Origin: Cetorhinus maximus
Lineage: Eukaryota
Direction of reading: 5' to 3'
Assembly (NCBI RefSeq): GCF_964194155.1
Contig: NC_135895.1
Span: 53,134,001-53,198,000, forward strand
DNA length: 64,000 nucleotides
Shown: positions 37,466-49,879 of the stretch, piece by piece
Layout of the letters: each line of letters opens with the position of its first letter
How positions within the stretch are numbered: the stretch's first letter is position 1
Program-made: the position numbers and the translations under genes
Notes under the pieces: model-generated
The model's database searches: none
The model's input: only the letters and a program-made list of their open reading frames with translations
Told to the model about the DNA's origin: nothing

Positions 37466-37944
37466 AAATAAATAAACACTTGGCATGTCAAGTTAGCACT
37501 TGCAGAAAATCTTCAGAAATGGCTGGTAGTGGTGTTGCAGAGTTGACTGTAGAGGATTCCTGTTTAGGGGCACGGATCTGCTGCAGAATTCACCTGTATC
37601 TGCCGCCAAAACAGCCAAAGTGATGATTTTTTTTTTTGATTTGATTAGCAGTTTGTACAATGTTGCTGTCAGTGTTAAAGTTGCAGTGCATTTACTAATA
37701 TTTATGAACTTGGTAACAAGCTTTGTAGGAAAGTGTAATTAATTTAATCTAAGTGCTTCAAGTTGTTTGAATTCATACCTTTTAATTTACTGAGAGGTAC
37801 ATTTTCAATGCTAATAAAATATGATAGACTTTTTTTCCTAAAATCAAGCAATGTAATGCATGAAGAAATGGGAACTGCAGGTTATCTTCTATTCAGTGAC
37901 CACTTTACATTTTGTGGTGATTTGAACTTGTATTTTCTTTGTAG

Positions 37945-38019
37945 TCCTCCTTGACTTCAGCTGTTGAAGTGAAGAAATGGATTCCAAGCATCAAGACTGA
38001 GATTGAGTATTATCTTCAG
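37945..38019 (+). CDS. ISY1-like protein, exon 3 (SSLTSAVEVKKWIPSIKTEIEYYLQ)
   Basis: TTTTCTTTGTAG acceptor, CAG|GTTAGT donor, 75 nt, phase 0. Aligns with ISY1 AEKWRRQIIGEI. Confidence 0.87.
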
Positions 38020-38854
38020 GTTAGTAATTCAGTTTATGAAAGGGACATTGGCAATGTTTCTCTTCTGGGGGGCGGGGGGTGGTGCAGTTCCCCCTGCTCA
38101 ACAACATCAACTCATTTTTTCTTGGTGAAACTTCTGAAGATATAATTTTTTACTCTTTCATGGGATGTAGGCATCACTGGCATTTGTTGCCCATCCCTAA
38201 TTGTCCTTGAGAAGGCAATGGTGAGCCAGTTCATGAATGTTTGTTTCTACCTTGCCTTGAAATAGAATTAAACTTAGGTCATTTGTGTTAACCTGCTCCT
38301 TTCGAGAAACTGGGTGAAGACTGCCAAAACCTATTTTGCATTGTAATTATCAGAGTCCACAAATGACATTTATTTCTCCAGAGCTGTATCAAGGGAGTTT
38401 CTTTGTAATGCATTTTGCTGTAAGAATACAATATATAGGCAGATTTGTGCTGTAGAACCACTTCTTGCTATGAATGGGTTGATGTTGCTCAAACTCATTC
38501 TAGGAACTTATAGCCAGCATCAAGATGAGACTTTCATCTCCGCGGCACTGAATTCAAAACAAAAAGTCTGAGATGAAAGGATTATCTACTAAATTGCAGT
38601 ACCCACTCCTTGTACAGTGCAACCACACCTTTAATAGCTCAAATGAGTCCAGTTGAAAATACATGAAGGCAATATTGATCACTAAAGATTTGGTTCAGTA
38701 AGTTATTTTTGTTTGCCAGGATTTTTTTGTTAACCAAATTGCTTTTATTAAAAATATATTTTGCAGGGTTTATTACTGATGTAACATAGGGTGTTCTCGT
38801 TTATTTTATGTACGTGTCTAAGTGGGTGGTTTAACAGGGGACCAAAATGTTGAC

Positions 38855-40092
38855 AAAATAATGCTTGAGGTTTTTGATGATATAACAGAGAGGGTTGAGG
38901 AGGGTAATGCTGTTGATGTGATGTGCTTGGACTTCCAAAAAGCAATTGATACAGTGCCACACAATAGACTTGTGAGCAAATTTAGAGCTCTTGAAATAAA
39001 AGGGACAGTAGCAACATGAATATGAAATTGGCTTAGTGACAGAAACAGAGTAGTGGTGAACAGGTTTTTTTGGACTGGAGGAGTGTTTATAGTGCAGTTT
39101 CTCGTGGGTTGGTGTGAGGACCCTGCTATATGTTAATGACCTAAACCGTGGTCTACTGAGGCACAAATTTCAAAATTTGCAGATGATATGAAACTTGGAA
39201 GCATTGTGAACTGCGAGGAGGATAATGTAGAACTTTAAAAGGACACGAACAGTTTGGTTGATTGGGTGAAAGGAGCAGATGAAATCTAATGCAGAGAAAT
39301 GTGAAGTGATTCATTTTGTTAGAAGGTGGAGTGACAATTTAGAATAAAGGTTACAAATCTAAAGGGGGTGCAGGAGCAGAAAGACATGGCTGTATATGTG
39401 CACAAATCATTGAAGATGGTAGGACAGGTTGAGACTATGGTTAATAAAATGGGACCCTAGGCTTTATCAATCGGGGCATAGAGTAAAAAAGCAAGGGAAA
39501 AAACAAGGAAATTATGTTAAACTTGTATAAAACCTGGTTCGGCCTCAACTGGAGTGTCACATTCAGTTCTGGGCATCACACTTTTGGAAGGATGTGAAGG
39601 TGTTAGTGCAAATCAGATTCACAAGAATGGTTCCAGGGATGAGAAACTCCAGTTATGTAGATAGTTTGGAGAAGTTGGGACGGTTTTCCTTGGAGAAGAG
39701 AAAGTTTAGAGGAGATTTGGTAAGGGTATTTGAAACATGAGGGGTCTAGATAGAGTTGTTAGGGAGAAACTTTCCCGTTGGTGGAAGGATCGAGAATCAG
39801 AGGGCATAGATTTAAGGTAATTGGCAAAAAAAACCATGGAGACATGAAGAAAACCTTCAGGCAGCGAGTGGTTAGGTTCTGGAATGCACTGCCTGAGAGT
39901 GTGGTGGAGGCAGGTTCAATCAAAGCATTCGAGAAGGAATTGGATTATTATCTGAATCGGAAGAATGTGCAGGGCTACAGGGAAAAGGTGGGGGAGTGGC
40001 ACTAGGTGACTTGCTTCTTCAGAGAGCCAGCACAGACATGGCAGGCCGAATGGCCTCATGTTTGCTGTAACCATTCTTCTATAATTCTATGA
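38855..40092 (+). mobile_element. CR1 LINE fragment in intron 3
   Basis: AVDVMCLDFQKAIDTVPHNRL and SRIRGHRFKV...VVRFWNALP motifs. ATTCTAT-type tail. Confidence 0.9.
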
Positions 40093-40141
40093 AATGCATT
40101 ATAGTGATACAATATGAGGAAATGTTTTCTCTGCTTTACAG

Positions 40142-40340
40142 CAATCACAGTTATCCCATTACTCAGAAAGGAAGATAAAGGAATTCCAGGATCATATTGA
40201 AGAACTTCAGAAGGAGTATAAACATTACTTGTGGAAGCTGCGTCATTTAGACCCTTCCCACAAGGACCACCCTTGGAAACCCCGTGCTTACACCCGGAAA
40301 AGACCACCTAACTCTACAACACAGACCATCAGCCAACTGG
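40142..40340 (+). CDS. ISY1-like protein, exon 4 (QSQLSHYSERKIKEFQDHIEELQKEYKHYLWKLRHLDP...PWKPRAYTRKR...SQL)
   Basis: TTTTCTCTGCTTTACAG acceptor, open 199 nt, G|GTATTC donor, phase 0 to 1. Aligns with ISY1 EFRIRDLNDEINKLLREKGHWEVRIKEL. Confidence 0.85.
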
Positions 40341-40814
40341 GTATTCAAAATTATGTCTGGGGTTAATTTGTAGCTAAGCAGCAATTGGGTCTCTAGTGTA
40401 CTGCAGCATGCAGTACAATAATGTAAATATTATCTTAATAGGGCATTCATTAAATTTAAATTTAAAATCCTCATCCTTAACTTCCAATTCTACATGGTTT
40501 TGGCCCACCCTATCTCTGAAATTTACTCTAGCCTTATCCCTTTATCACCCTTTAGACCTCCACCCTGGCCTATCATTAATCCCTTTTTTCTTGCTTGAAA
40601 CATAGTCCTCCTGACTCTGAAATCATTTGGTGTAGCTTTTAGTAACTTTCCTGAATTCCCTTAATTTAGAATTACATCCTTCTACTATCTCCTTGACTCA
40701 TGTTATAAACCTATTTAAAGCCCATCTTGGCAACTAATCTTTCATTAATCCCTCTTCATCTCTCCTCGCCTGCATCAACACAGTTTGGCATCCATTCCTT
40801 TTAATATCTAAAAC

Positions 40815-41035
40815 AAAAGCAAAATACTGTGGATGCAGGAAATCTGAAATAAAAAGCAAAAAAACCCTGGAAATACTCCTCAGGCCTGACTGCATCTGCG
40901 GAGAGAGAAACAGAGTTAATGCTTCAGATCGAGAACCTCGTCAGAAGTTCTGAAGAAAGGTCCTCGACCTGAAATGCTAACTCTGTTTCTCTCTCGGCGG
41001 ATGCTACCAGACCCGATGAACATTTCCTTGCATTA
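40815..41035. repeat. Inverted pair of family-A Penelope terminal repeats (centre 40947)
   Basis: GAGAGAGAAACAGAGTTA (40901) mirrors TAACTCTGTTTCTCTCTC (ends 40995). TCAGAA-G-TTCTGA at the centre. A hammerhead-like core lies on each strand. Confidence 0.8.
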
Positions 41036-41875
41036 CCTATTTCTGTCTTACGTTCCTTGCCCTCTAAAGTGTCATAGGGTTTTTTTTTAATGTTCAATGT
41101 ACTATTTGTTGATTAGTCTGTCATTGGGAGAAATTTTGAAGAGTTAATGTTAACAAAAATGCATAACTGGAAACACATTGACAAAGTTTTTCTTGAATAA
41201 ACCGGGTGGGAGCATGAATTCAATCATGGAAGAGCCATTTGATCTTTGGAAATACATTTTCTACCATTTGAAGGACCTCTGTCTAATCCACTGTAACTTT
41301 ATGCAAACCTCTAATTTTAGATATTCCTGCTATACTATGTGATATAATTAACTGTTATAAGACTGTCAGGCCCTATGCCAGATAGTCCCCTTCAGTTTTC
41401 CATTTAATTACATTATTTATTCAAAGACGCATTTTAAAATCATTCTTTTAATATTTTATACCTAGAAATGTTGATTTATCTCCTCACCTTTTCTACTGTC
41501 CAATTACAGTCTCCACCATTGAGCCTTAGCCCTTAATTTAGATTTCTTCAAAATAATTTTTGAAAATGATCTTTGCACATAGTCAGTTTCTATAAATTCC
41601 AGCTGGCTTTCTGTATCAAAACTTGTTACATATTTTTCTGTGAAGTGCCAGGAAAAATGATTTTGCCACAAATATGAACTAAATTCCTTGTAATGAAAAA
41701 TGTGGAATGTAGATTATTTTAATGACACTACAATGTAGTTTTATCCCCGTACTTCATTTTTTTTAAAGCTCTGTTTGCCAATTTTACCATCTGAATGTTT
41801 CCATCCAGTAATTTAGATTAATAGCCGGATGCATTAGTGTTCTCTTTTAGTAAATTAAGGTTTTGTTATTTGCAG

Positions 41876-42339
41876 CTACATTGCACAGTTTGAAACGACT
41901 ATGCATGCCACCTTCAAACAAAACTGAAGATGAAACTCATGAGCATGACTCTGATGGGAAATCTGGTGAAGTAAGGGAAAGGAGCTGCCTAAGCCTGCAG
42001 ATACCAGATGGTGTCATCTATGACTGTTCAATGGTTAATTCCAAGTTTCAAGACCAGCCCCTTACTTTTAATCCTGCTAGAGTTCCATCAAGATTTTCTA
42101 CGCACTTTACTCCAAAAAATACATCAGGAGAAGGCTCACAACATATGACCAAAATTCTTTTGTCTCAGCTACCAAACTTACAAACTTCATCTTCCTGTGG
42201 AACCAAAACAGAGTTGAACAGAGAGGAAGAAGAAATATGTGCCTTTAAGGTGAATGAAGATTCTCAGGAGTCTATTTTGCAAAATAAAAGCTGTGGAATG
42301 CTAGGATTGTCTTGCTATTCTTCAGATGAAGATACATAA
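41876..42339 (+). CDS. ISY1-like protein, last exon (ends GMLGLSCYSSDEDT*)
   Basis: TTTTGTTATTTGCAG acceptor. Phase 1 joins the open frame 41863-42339. Total CDS is 846 nt = 281 aa + stop. AATAAA at 42586-42591. Confidence 0.82.
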
Positions 42340-43049
42340 ATGACAAGTAGCAACTGATTCATATTCATAACTATTTACCATTTTGTCTTAAGTACTGTAT
42401 TTGCTAAATGTATATAGATGCTATATTTTCAAAATGTAAGTGTTCCTATATAGCTTTGTGCTATTTGTATAGAGCTTTGTATGGTTGTTGAATTTAACTT
42501 TCATACTGAGCAAGTACAGTAACAAGCGTACTTTAACACTGACTCTTCCAATTCTCATAGTTGGCGTGAATTTAAATCATTCAGAAATAAAAATGGTCTT
42601 GATTTCAAATACTTGTCAGATATAGTTTACTTTCTGTCATTAGTGTGTAATGCATGTATGAAAGCCATTGATATATAGTTCCACTGGTAAAGCACTGTTC
42701 GATACATGTTTTTACACTCTCCCTGCAACTGAACTGCTCGTACCCATGCTGATACAACAACCTCGAAGCCTAAGAAATAGCTTTCGTTATTGTACGTTGC
42801 TCATTTGGATCAGTTCACACCTTGCTTGAATGGCAAGGAGTTGAGATAGATCATATTGAATCTATCTGACAATGAAAGATTGGAATTTGGGCAAGCTCCC
42901 TTGGTAATCTGATACCTGATTCTGGCAGGTTCATCGTTCTGTTGATTCGCTAGCCAGTTCTGTTGATTGACTAGTCAGCCTGGCCAACATTCTGACCTGA
43001 ATTTTTCTTTGCAAAACAAATAAACATACAAGTACTGTCTTTCTTTCTC

Positions 43050-44465
43050 TTCAGGTACCACGTTTTATATGGATGATCATGGCTGTCCAACTTTCATGGT
43101 CTTTGATAGCAGCCAACATCTTGGTAGCATTCTCAAATCCTCTACCGGTTCTGCTTCTTAAGCTGTTGGTATATTTCCTCCTTTGTCTCCCTCTTGCTCT
43201 GCTCCCCTCAGTTTTACCAGTCGCTACCAGATACAATATTCTAGTTTCTCTTTCTGAAGCACTTGCCCAAAGAATTGTTGTTGCCTTTTGGTTCTTGTGT
43301 GCCCACTTTCCTCAAAACTTCTTCATTAGTTTTGTGTGTTGTCCAACTAATCCTTATCATGCGTCTCAGAAACCACATTGTTGCTTTTAATTTATTTTCC
43401 ATTGTTTTGTTTATATTCCAACTTTTGCATCCATATAGTAAAGTTGACCAGATGTAGCATTTTGGTAACCACATTCTACTTTCCAGAGAGATGTTATTTC
43501 TAGAGGTCTGACATTTTTTTGAACGTTTGTTTTGAAAGTATTATGCATTTCCTGACATGTTGGTCACTTTTCCCATCAGATGTTATTAGGCTACCTATAG
43601 AAGAAAATGATTCAACTTGGTTCATTTCTTTCAATTCCACTATTATTTTGCATCCAGATGTAATCCTTTTCTTTGATATTACCATGCATACTGTTTTGCT
43701 GCAGCTTAATAATCCATATATGTCACTGTTTGTTGTAATTAAGTCTAGCAGTCTTTGTAGATTTTCCTTTATATCTGCCATATTTACTGTCACCTGTATA
43801 TCTAAGATTATTTATATTCTGTCAATTTACTGAAATTCCTGGTAACCTTGATAGATGTCTTTTAATCACTTTACTCCAAAGATTGAAAAGACCTGGTGAC
43901 AGAAGACAACCTCTTTTTGTAGCTATCCATTCACTTTATTCATTGATAAAAACAAAAAGCTAAAAGCTACTGTGGATGCTGGAAATCCAAAACAAAACAA
44001 AAACAGAATTACCTGGAAAAACTCAGCAAGTCTGGCAGCATCGGCGGTTTATTCATTGTCCATTCTGACTGCTGTTTGGTCCCAGTCTAAGTTTTGAAGT
44101 CTTAACTTCGACATTGAAGGGAAAGATTTATGTAACATTTCCAACATCTGTCCCTGCCTCACTCTCTCAAATGCCTTGGTATAATCTATAAAACAGGCAT
44201 ATATCTTTTTGTACTCTCTCATTATAGTTCTTAGCACATGTTGCACTTCTTGTTCTTTTTCCTTTATATAATATAAAGGAAGGATTTCCTATCTAATTCT
44301 GCTTCTCATCATGATTTTTAGGTTTATTTGGATCTGTGTTTCTCATGAGGCTGATCGTTTTATGAAGTTCGCATTCTGTTGCATCTGGTCTTTTAGGCAG
44401 TGCAGTAAATGCTAATTTACTAACAAATTTCAGATTTAATCCAGAGTCGTACACTTTGTTACAGG
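43050..44465 (-). mobile_element. RTE-clade LINE fragment
   Basis: LPKRPDATECELHKTISLM, YACFIDYTKAFERV and CYIWSTLLYGCKSW...MWFLRRMIRISW motifs. Confidence 0.88.
43946..44047 (-). mobile_element. Truncated family-A element inserted in the RTE, 11-bp TSD
   Basis: TTTATTCATTG at 43935-43945 and 44048-44058. Interior is homologous to 52600-52690. Confidence 0.8.
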
Positions 44466-44569
44466 TACAAGCAAAGTAAGTTAAACAATACAGTTTGTTG
44501 GGATTTTTGAATGGATTGTGGGGTAAAACTCCCAATTTAAAAAAAAATCCTCCAAGTCAATGTAAGCCC

Positions 44570-44707
44570 CAGCAGGTATGTGTGCGCGCGTGCGCGCTGT
44601 CAATGTGCGGGGGTGTAAATCAGGCACTGAACCCGAGGGGGCGGTAGACGAACGAGCGGAAGTCCTGGGTTGATGTCGGAAATGATGTTGCTGGTACAAT
44701 ATGGCGG
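44570..44707 (+). promoter_or_regulatory. mysm1 CpG-rich promoter
   Basis: TGCGCGCGTGCGCGC (NRF1-like, about 44583), CGGAAGT (ETS, 44657-44663) and CAATATGGCGG (YY1-like, overlapping the ATG). Confidence 0.65.
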
Positions 44708-44756
44708 AGGAGGTGGATGTGGATATTGAAGGAGATGGAGCAGATCTGAGCCTGGG
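44701..44756 (+). CDS. mysm1: Histone H2A deubiquitinase MYSM1, exon 1 (MAEEVDVDIEGDGADLSLG)
   Basis: Matches human MAAEEADVDIEGD. Donor GG|GTAAGA, phase 2. Confidence 0.92.
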
Positions 44757-45114
44757 GTAAGAGGAGGGCCTTGGATGGGGGTGGGGGAAAGGGTGAAGCG
44801 CTGCTCCCGTGTCTGTTGGTTCCGGAGAGGGGAGAGGCCAGTGTCTCAGCGCTGTAACCGGCCTGGGGGAGGGACCGGCCTGTGTTTGTTTATTTCTCAC
44901 TTGTTTTACAAAGTAAATGACCTGACATTTGGAGTGTCTGCCCTGGGTGGGGGGGGGATCACTAATCTGCTGCTGCTGCTTTTTCCTTTGAGAATTAAGC
45001 GACACACCTCGCAACCTTATTAAAATTAACGAATGTGTATTTAATATTTTCAATAGTCAAACCGACCGGAAGAGGATTTTTGCCAAAGCCAATGAATGAA
45101 GTGCGTACATTTGA

Positions 45115-45420
45115 GGACAGGCTTTGTATAGGAAACGCGGCAGCCAACTTGCACACTGCGGGTTCCTACAAAAAATATCACTCATTGTCGAGATAGTCAG
45201 GTTTTAGTGGTGGCTGAGGGGTTGATATTGGCCAGGGTACCGGGAGAACTCCACTGATGTTCTTTAAAGAGTGTCATGGGATCGTTTATATCCACTTGAG
45301 ACGGTTTACAGTGCCGCAGTTCATCCGACTGTGCAAGACTGAACTGATTGTTTATATGTTCGGACCTTGCTTGAACCCTTCGGGCTCTGAGGCGAAAGTG
45401 CTGTCGCTCATCCAAGGATA
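45115..45420 (-). mobile_element. Deu-type SINE fragment
   Basis: ATATTGGCCAGG...GGGAGAACTCC...GTCATGGGATC is the reverse complement of the body of the SINE at 11212. Confidence 0.6.
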
Positions 45421-45484
45421 AAGGCCAAAAAGCAAGCACGGGAATGAAATAAGGCCGTAAGGTTAAAGCAAAATAAATAATACG

Positions 45485-45970
45485 AGAATTATAGAATGGT
45501 TACAACACAAGGAGGCCATTTGGTCCATTGTGTCGGTGCTAGCCCTCTGAAAGAAGAATTCATCTAGTGCCACTCACATGCCTATTCCCTGTTGCCCTGC
45601 ATTATTTTCCTTTTCAGATAATGATCCAATTCCCTTTTTTGAAAGCTTTAATTGACCCTGCCTCCAACACACACTCCGGCAGTGCATTCCAGATCTGGAC
45701 CACTCGCTGCATGAAATTTTTTTCCTAATATTGCTTCTTTTACCTTCAACCTGCGCCCTCTGGTTCTTGATCCTTCTATCAATAGGAACAGTCTCTCCTT
45801 ATCTGCTCTGTCCAGAATTCTCATGATTTTTAATACCTTTATCAGACCTCCTCTCAACGTTCTCTCCTCCAAGGAAAACAGTCTCAACTTCTACAACCTA
45901 ACTACATAACTGAAGTTCCACATCACTGGAACCATTCTTATACATCTTTTCTGCACCATCTAATGCCTTC
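45485..45970 (-). mobile_element. CR1 LINE 3' fragment
   Basis: LFSLEERTLRGGLIKVLKIM...SRTRG (45648-45887). Confidence 0.85.
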
Positions 45971-45974
45971 TGTT

Positions 45975-46590
45975 GCTTGCCGCTACTCCTACCAGGAGAT
46001 CTGCTGTCATATGTCACGTTCGTCTGTCTTGCGCCATCCTCTCACATCCACTGTAGCTCATCCGCAGCCATTCCGTGACATCCATCTTCCAACTACTAGG
46101 CCAACTCCTCTTTCTGCTGCTCTCGGTTTTGCCCTCTAGAAGGGATCTCTGCAGCTTTGCATCTCTGATCAAATGGCTGAAATATTAAGATTTATTTTCT
46201 GGATGTCACTTTTTAGAGATTTTGTTCTTGCAGTTTCAAGCACCTCTTCTTTGGAGTGTGGTCTGTATATGGAATTTTAAGCATGCGTCTTAGCATCCGC
46301 ATTTCAAAGGCCTTTGTTTTCTTCCACAGATCTTTACTTATTGTCCAGGTTTCTGAGGCATACATGAAAGTTGATAGAACGTAGCACCTTATGAGATTTT
46401 TTTCCTTGTTACAAGCTTGAGCATTCTTGTTGTTAACACATCCTTCATCTTCACAAAATTAATTCTAGCTAACTCCATCCTTCTAATTTCTGCATCACAT
46501 CTGCCATCTTCTGTTATCATATGTCCTAAGTAGACAAACATATCTACTTGTTCTAGTGTGACACCATCCACTTCAATCTTCACTCTAGGA
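45975..46590 (-). mobile_element. RTE LINE 3' fragment
   Basis: LEQVDMFVYLGHMITEDGRCDAEIRR (46389-46583). Confidence 0.85.
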
Positions 46591-47969
46591 AGGATGTAAA
46601 GGCATTAAAAACTAAAGTGTAGTGCACAGCAACTCGTAAATGACCACACAAGCTATTCTGAAATCTCCTGCTTTAATTTATCACATGTTCGTGGCTGCAC
46701 AAAAAGATGTAAAGGCACTGTGCACTTAAATTAATTGGCTGTGCACTAAAAAATAATTAGAGGGGATGTTACTCGTCACCCCTGTGTAGGCTTGCTGACC
46801 TACATCGGTTCCCAGTTATGCAATACCTGGATTCTGAAATTCACACCCCCTTGTCTTCAGCCTTGCCTACCTGTAGCTTTTTAATCATCTTCAGCCCTAC
46901 AAAATTCAGAATACCTAGGCTCCTCCAATCCTGGCCTTTGAGCATCTCCAATTTAATTCACTTCACCATTGGCGACTGTGCCTTCAGCTGGTAAACAGTG
47001 ATGATCACAAGTAGGATATGACTGATTTCGCAACCTGTAACCACAAAATTTGGCACGCAATCTCAAGGAAAAGTGAAGTGGCATTTTTATTTATAGAAAA
47101 TTTTAATTACCAATTATATTGATATATGGTCAAATTTAAGTGGCATAAGTCATGTTGAAGATTTAGGTTAGTGGTTATCAAGTTTTATTGGAAATTGTAT
47201 ACTACCCTGTAAATTTTTGGCATACTTTCATGGATCACCCTGAAAAAACTGACATGATACTAGGGACCCTATAACTGAATAGCCAATCAAAAGTACCAGT
47301 TTCCCAAAGGAAAACAATGTTATTACTAATAAATAAAGTATTTTATTATCAAAGCACAATAATAGAATTGGCATGCCTGCATTAGTTTCTCCCTTAGACC
47401 CTCTTGCAGGTCTGGGAACCCCTGCTTGAAATCCTTTGTTTAGCTATCTCTGCAAATTTGGAAGATGTATAGTATGGTGCCCACAAGCTGTGGTAGTCAA
47501 CTGTATAATAAGTATGAGGGAAATTTTAACCCTCCCCCCACACCCCCCACTAAAATAAGTGGGTTTGGGTTGGATGGGCAGTTAATAATGTTTAAAATTT
47601 CAAACTTGAATGTGGCCACTTCCAGTTTTAATGGAGGGGTGCGATGGAATGGGAACGTATGGGCTCCTGGGGGGCAGGTTGGTTCCATTTTAATATTTTA
47701 ATGAGGCTGCATGTCTCACAATTTATCTCTCTTCTAGCTGTAACACTGGCCAGAGGAGAGGACTGCTGTGTGGAAGAGAGAAATGCTTTCCTAGCATTGT
47801 TTGTGGGCCAGGAGGAGCAAGAGTGCTTCCCCCTGGCTCGCCAAGCTAAACTGCTTCCTCCCAGCGATCACCACCCCTTCTCCCATGACCAGACCCTCTC
47901 ACAATTACCGGGCACCCCAAAGAGGATATAAGAAACATTCCAGTAGTAGCTGTAAATCAGGAGGTGGAG

Positions 47970-49555
47970 AGGAGAGAGGAGCTTGGTGAAATTACATTCA
48001 CTAGGGAAGCAGTACTGAGCAAACTGATGGGGCTGCAGGTTGACAAGTCTCTGGATCCAGGTGGGCTTCATCCTAGGGTCTTAAAAGAGGTGGCTAATGA
48101 GGTAGTAGATGCGTTGGTGTTAATTTTCCAAAATTCCCTAGATTCTGGAAAGGACCCATCAAACTGGAAAGTAGCAAATATAACCCCTCCATTCAAGAAG
48201 GGAGGGAGGTAGAAAACAGGAAGTTAGCTTGATGTCTGTCGTGGGGAAAATGTTAGAGTCTATCACTAAAGAGGTTATAGCTGGGCATTTAGGAAAACTC
48301 AAGGTAATTGGGAAGAGTCAGCATTGTTTTGTGAAAGGCAAATCATGTTTAACTAATTTATTAGAGTTCTTTGAAGGAGTAACATGTGCTGTGTGGTTAG
48401 AGAGGGAGCCTGTAGATATGCTGTACTTGGATTTCCAGAAGGCATTTGATAACGTGCCACATCAAAGGTTATTGTGGAAAATAAAAGCTCATAGGGGGTA
48501 ACACATTAGAACGGATAGAATATTGGCTGGCTGGCAGAAAAAAGCATATGCACAAATGGGTCTTTATCTGATTTGCAAGATGTGATTAGTGGAGTCCCGC
48601 AGGGATCTGTGCTGGGGTCTCAAATTTTACAATTTATAGCAATGACTTGGATGAGGGGAACGAAGGCATGGTAGCTAAATTTACAGATGAGACAAAGATA
48701 GGTAGGAAAGTATGTTGTGAAAAAGACATAAAAAGTTTGCAGACGGATATAGATAATTTGAGTGAGTGGGCAGGAATTTGGCAGATGGAGTATAATGTGT
48801 GAAGTTCACTTTGGCAGGAAGAATAAAAAAGCAGAGTATCACTTAAATGGAAAACGGCTGCAAAATTCCGAGGTGCAGAGGGATCTAGGCATGAGTCACA
48901 AAAAATTAGTATGCAGGCACAGCCTGTAATCAAGAAGACTAACGGAGTGCTCTCCTTTATTACGAGAGGAGTTGAACATAAAAGTAAGGGTGTTCTGCAT
49001 CAGTTATACAGGGCATTGGTGAGACTGCATGTCGAATACTGTGTGCATTTTTGATCTCCTTATTCAGAAAGGATGTAAATGCGTTGAAGATGGTTCAGTG
49101 GAGATTTTCTAGATTGATACCTGGAATGAGTGGGTTGTCTTATGAGGAAAAGTGGGACAGACTGGGCTTGTTTCCACTGGAGATTAGAAGAGTGAGGGTA
49201 CTTGATTGAAGTATATATTATCCTGAATGGTCTTGACAAGGTGGATGTGGAAAGGATGTTTCCTCTTGTGGGTGAGTCCAGAACGAGGGGGCACTTTTAA
49301 AATTAGGGGTCGCCCTTATAGGACAGAGATGAGGAGAATTTTTTTCTCTCACAGGGCTGTGCAACTTTGGAACTCTCTGCCTTAGAAAATTTTTAAGGCA
49401 GCGGTAGATAGATTCTTGTTAGGCAAGGGAAGCAAAGGTTATCGGGGGTAGATGGGAATGTGGAAATTGAAACACAAACAGATCAGCCATGATCTTATTG
49501 AATGGCGGAACAGGCTTGAAGGGCCAAAACCTACTTCTGCTCGTATTTCAGATGT
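47970..49555 (+). mobile_element. CR1 LINE fragment
   Basis: LHPRVLKE, WKVANITPPFKKG, KGKSCLTNLLEFFE and YLDFQKAFDNVPH motifs. Confidence 0.92.
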
Positions 49556-49879
49556 TCGAAAAGTAAATCTTTGCCGCCTCACAATAACCACCAACCTTAC
49601 AAGCCATGCCTTACCCACCCTCCTTGCAACCCCTACTCCAGCAGCAGGATACCGACCTCCTCCTTGGCTGCAAACTCTTCCTGCAGCATTCCACACCCAC
49701 CAGGGAGCCAAGCCTGACAATCAGGCTGGCTTCCAGGCAAGGATCCTGTTCAAAATAACCAACCATACACGTTGTGAAGTTAGCACTCCACAGTGTTATG
49801 GACAGGAGGGGGATTAATTTAAACAGCCCTGATTTCTCCTCTCACTACCGTCCATAAAGAGAAAGGTATTTCTGATTTC

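Noticed and set aside
34818-42339. Calling the gene isy1
   Set aside because: Similarity is limited to about the first 100 aa and conserved ISY1 central motifs are missing, so the symbol was left blank.
44481-45053. 190-aa antisense ORF over mysm1 exon 1
   Set aside because: Expected by-product of a GC-rich promoter, with no domain similarity.
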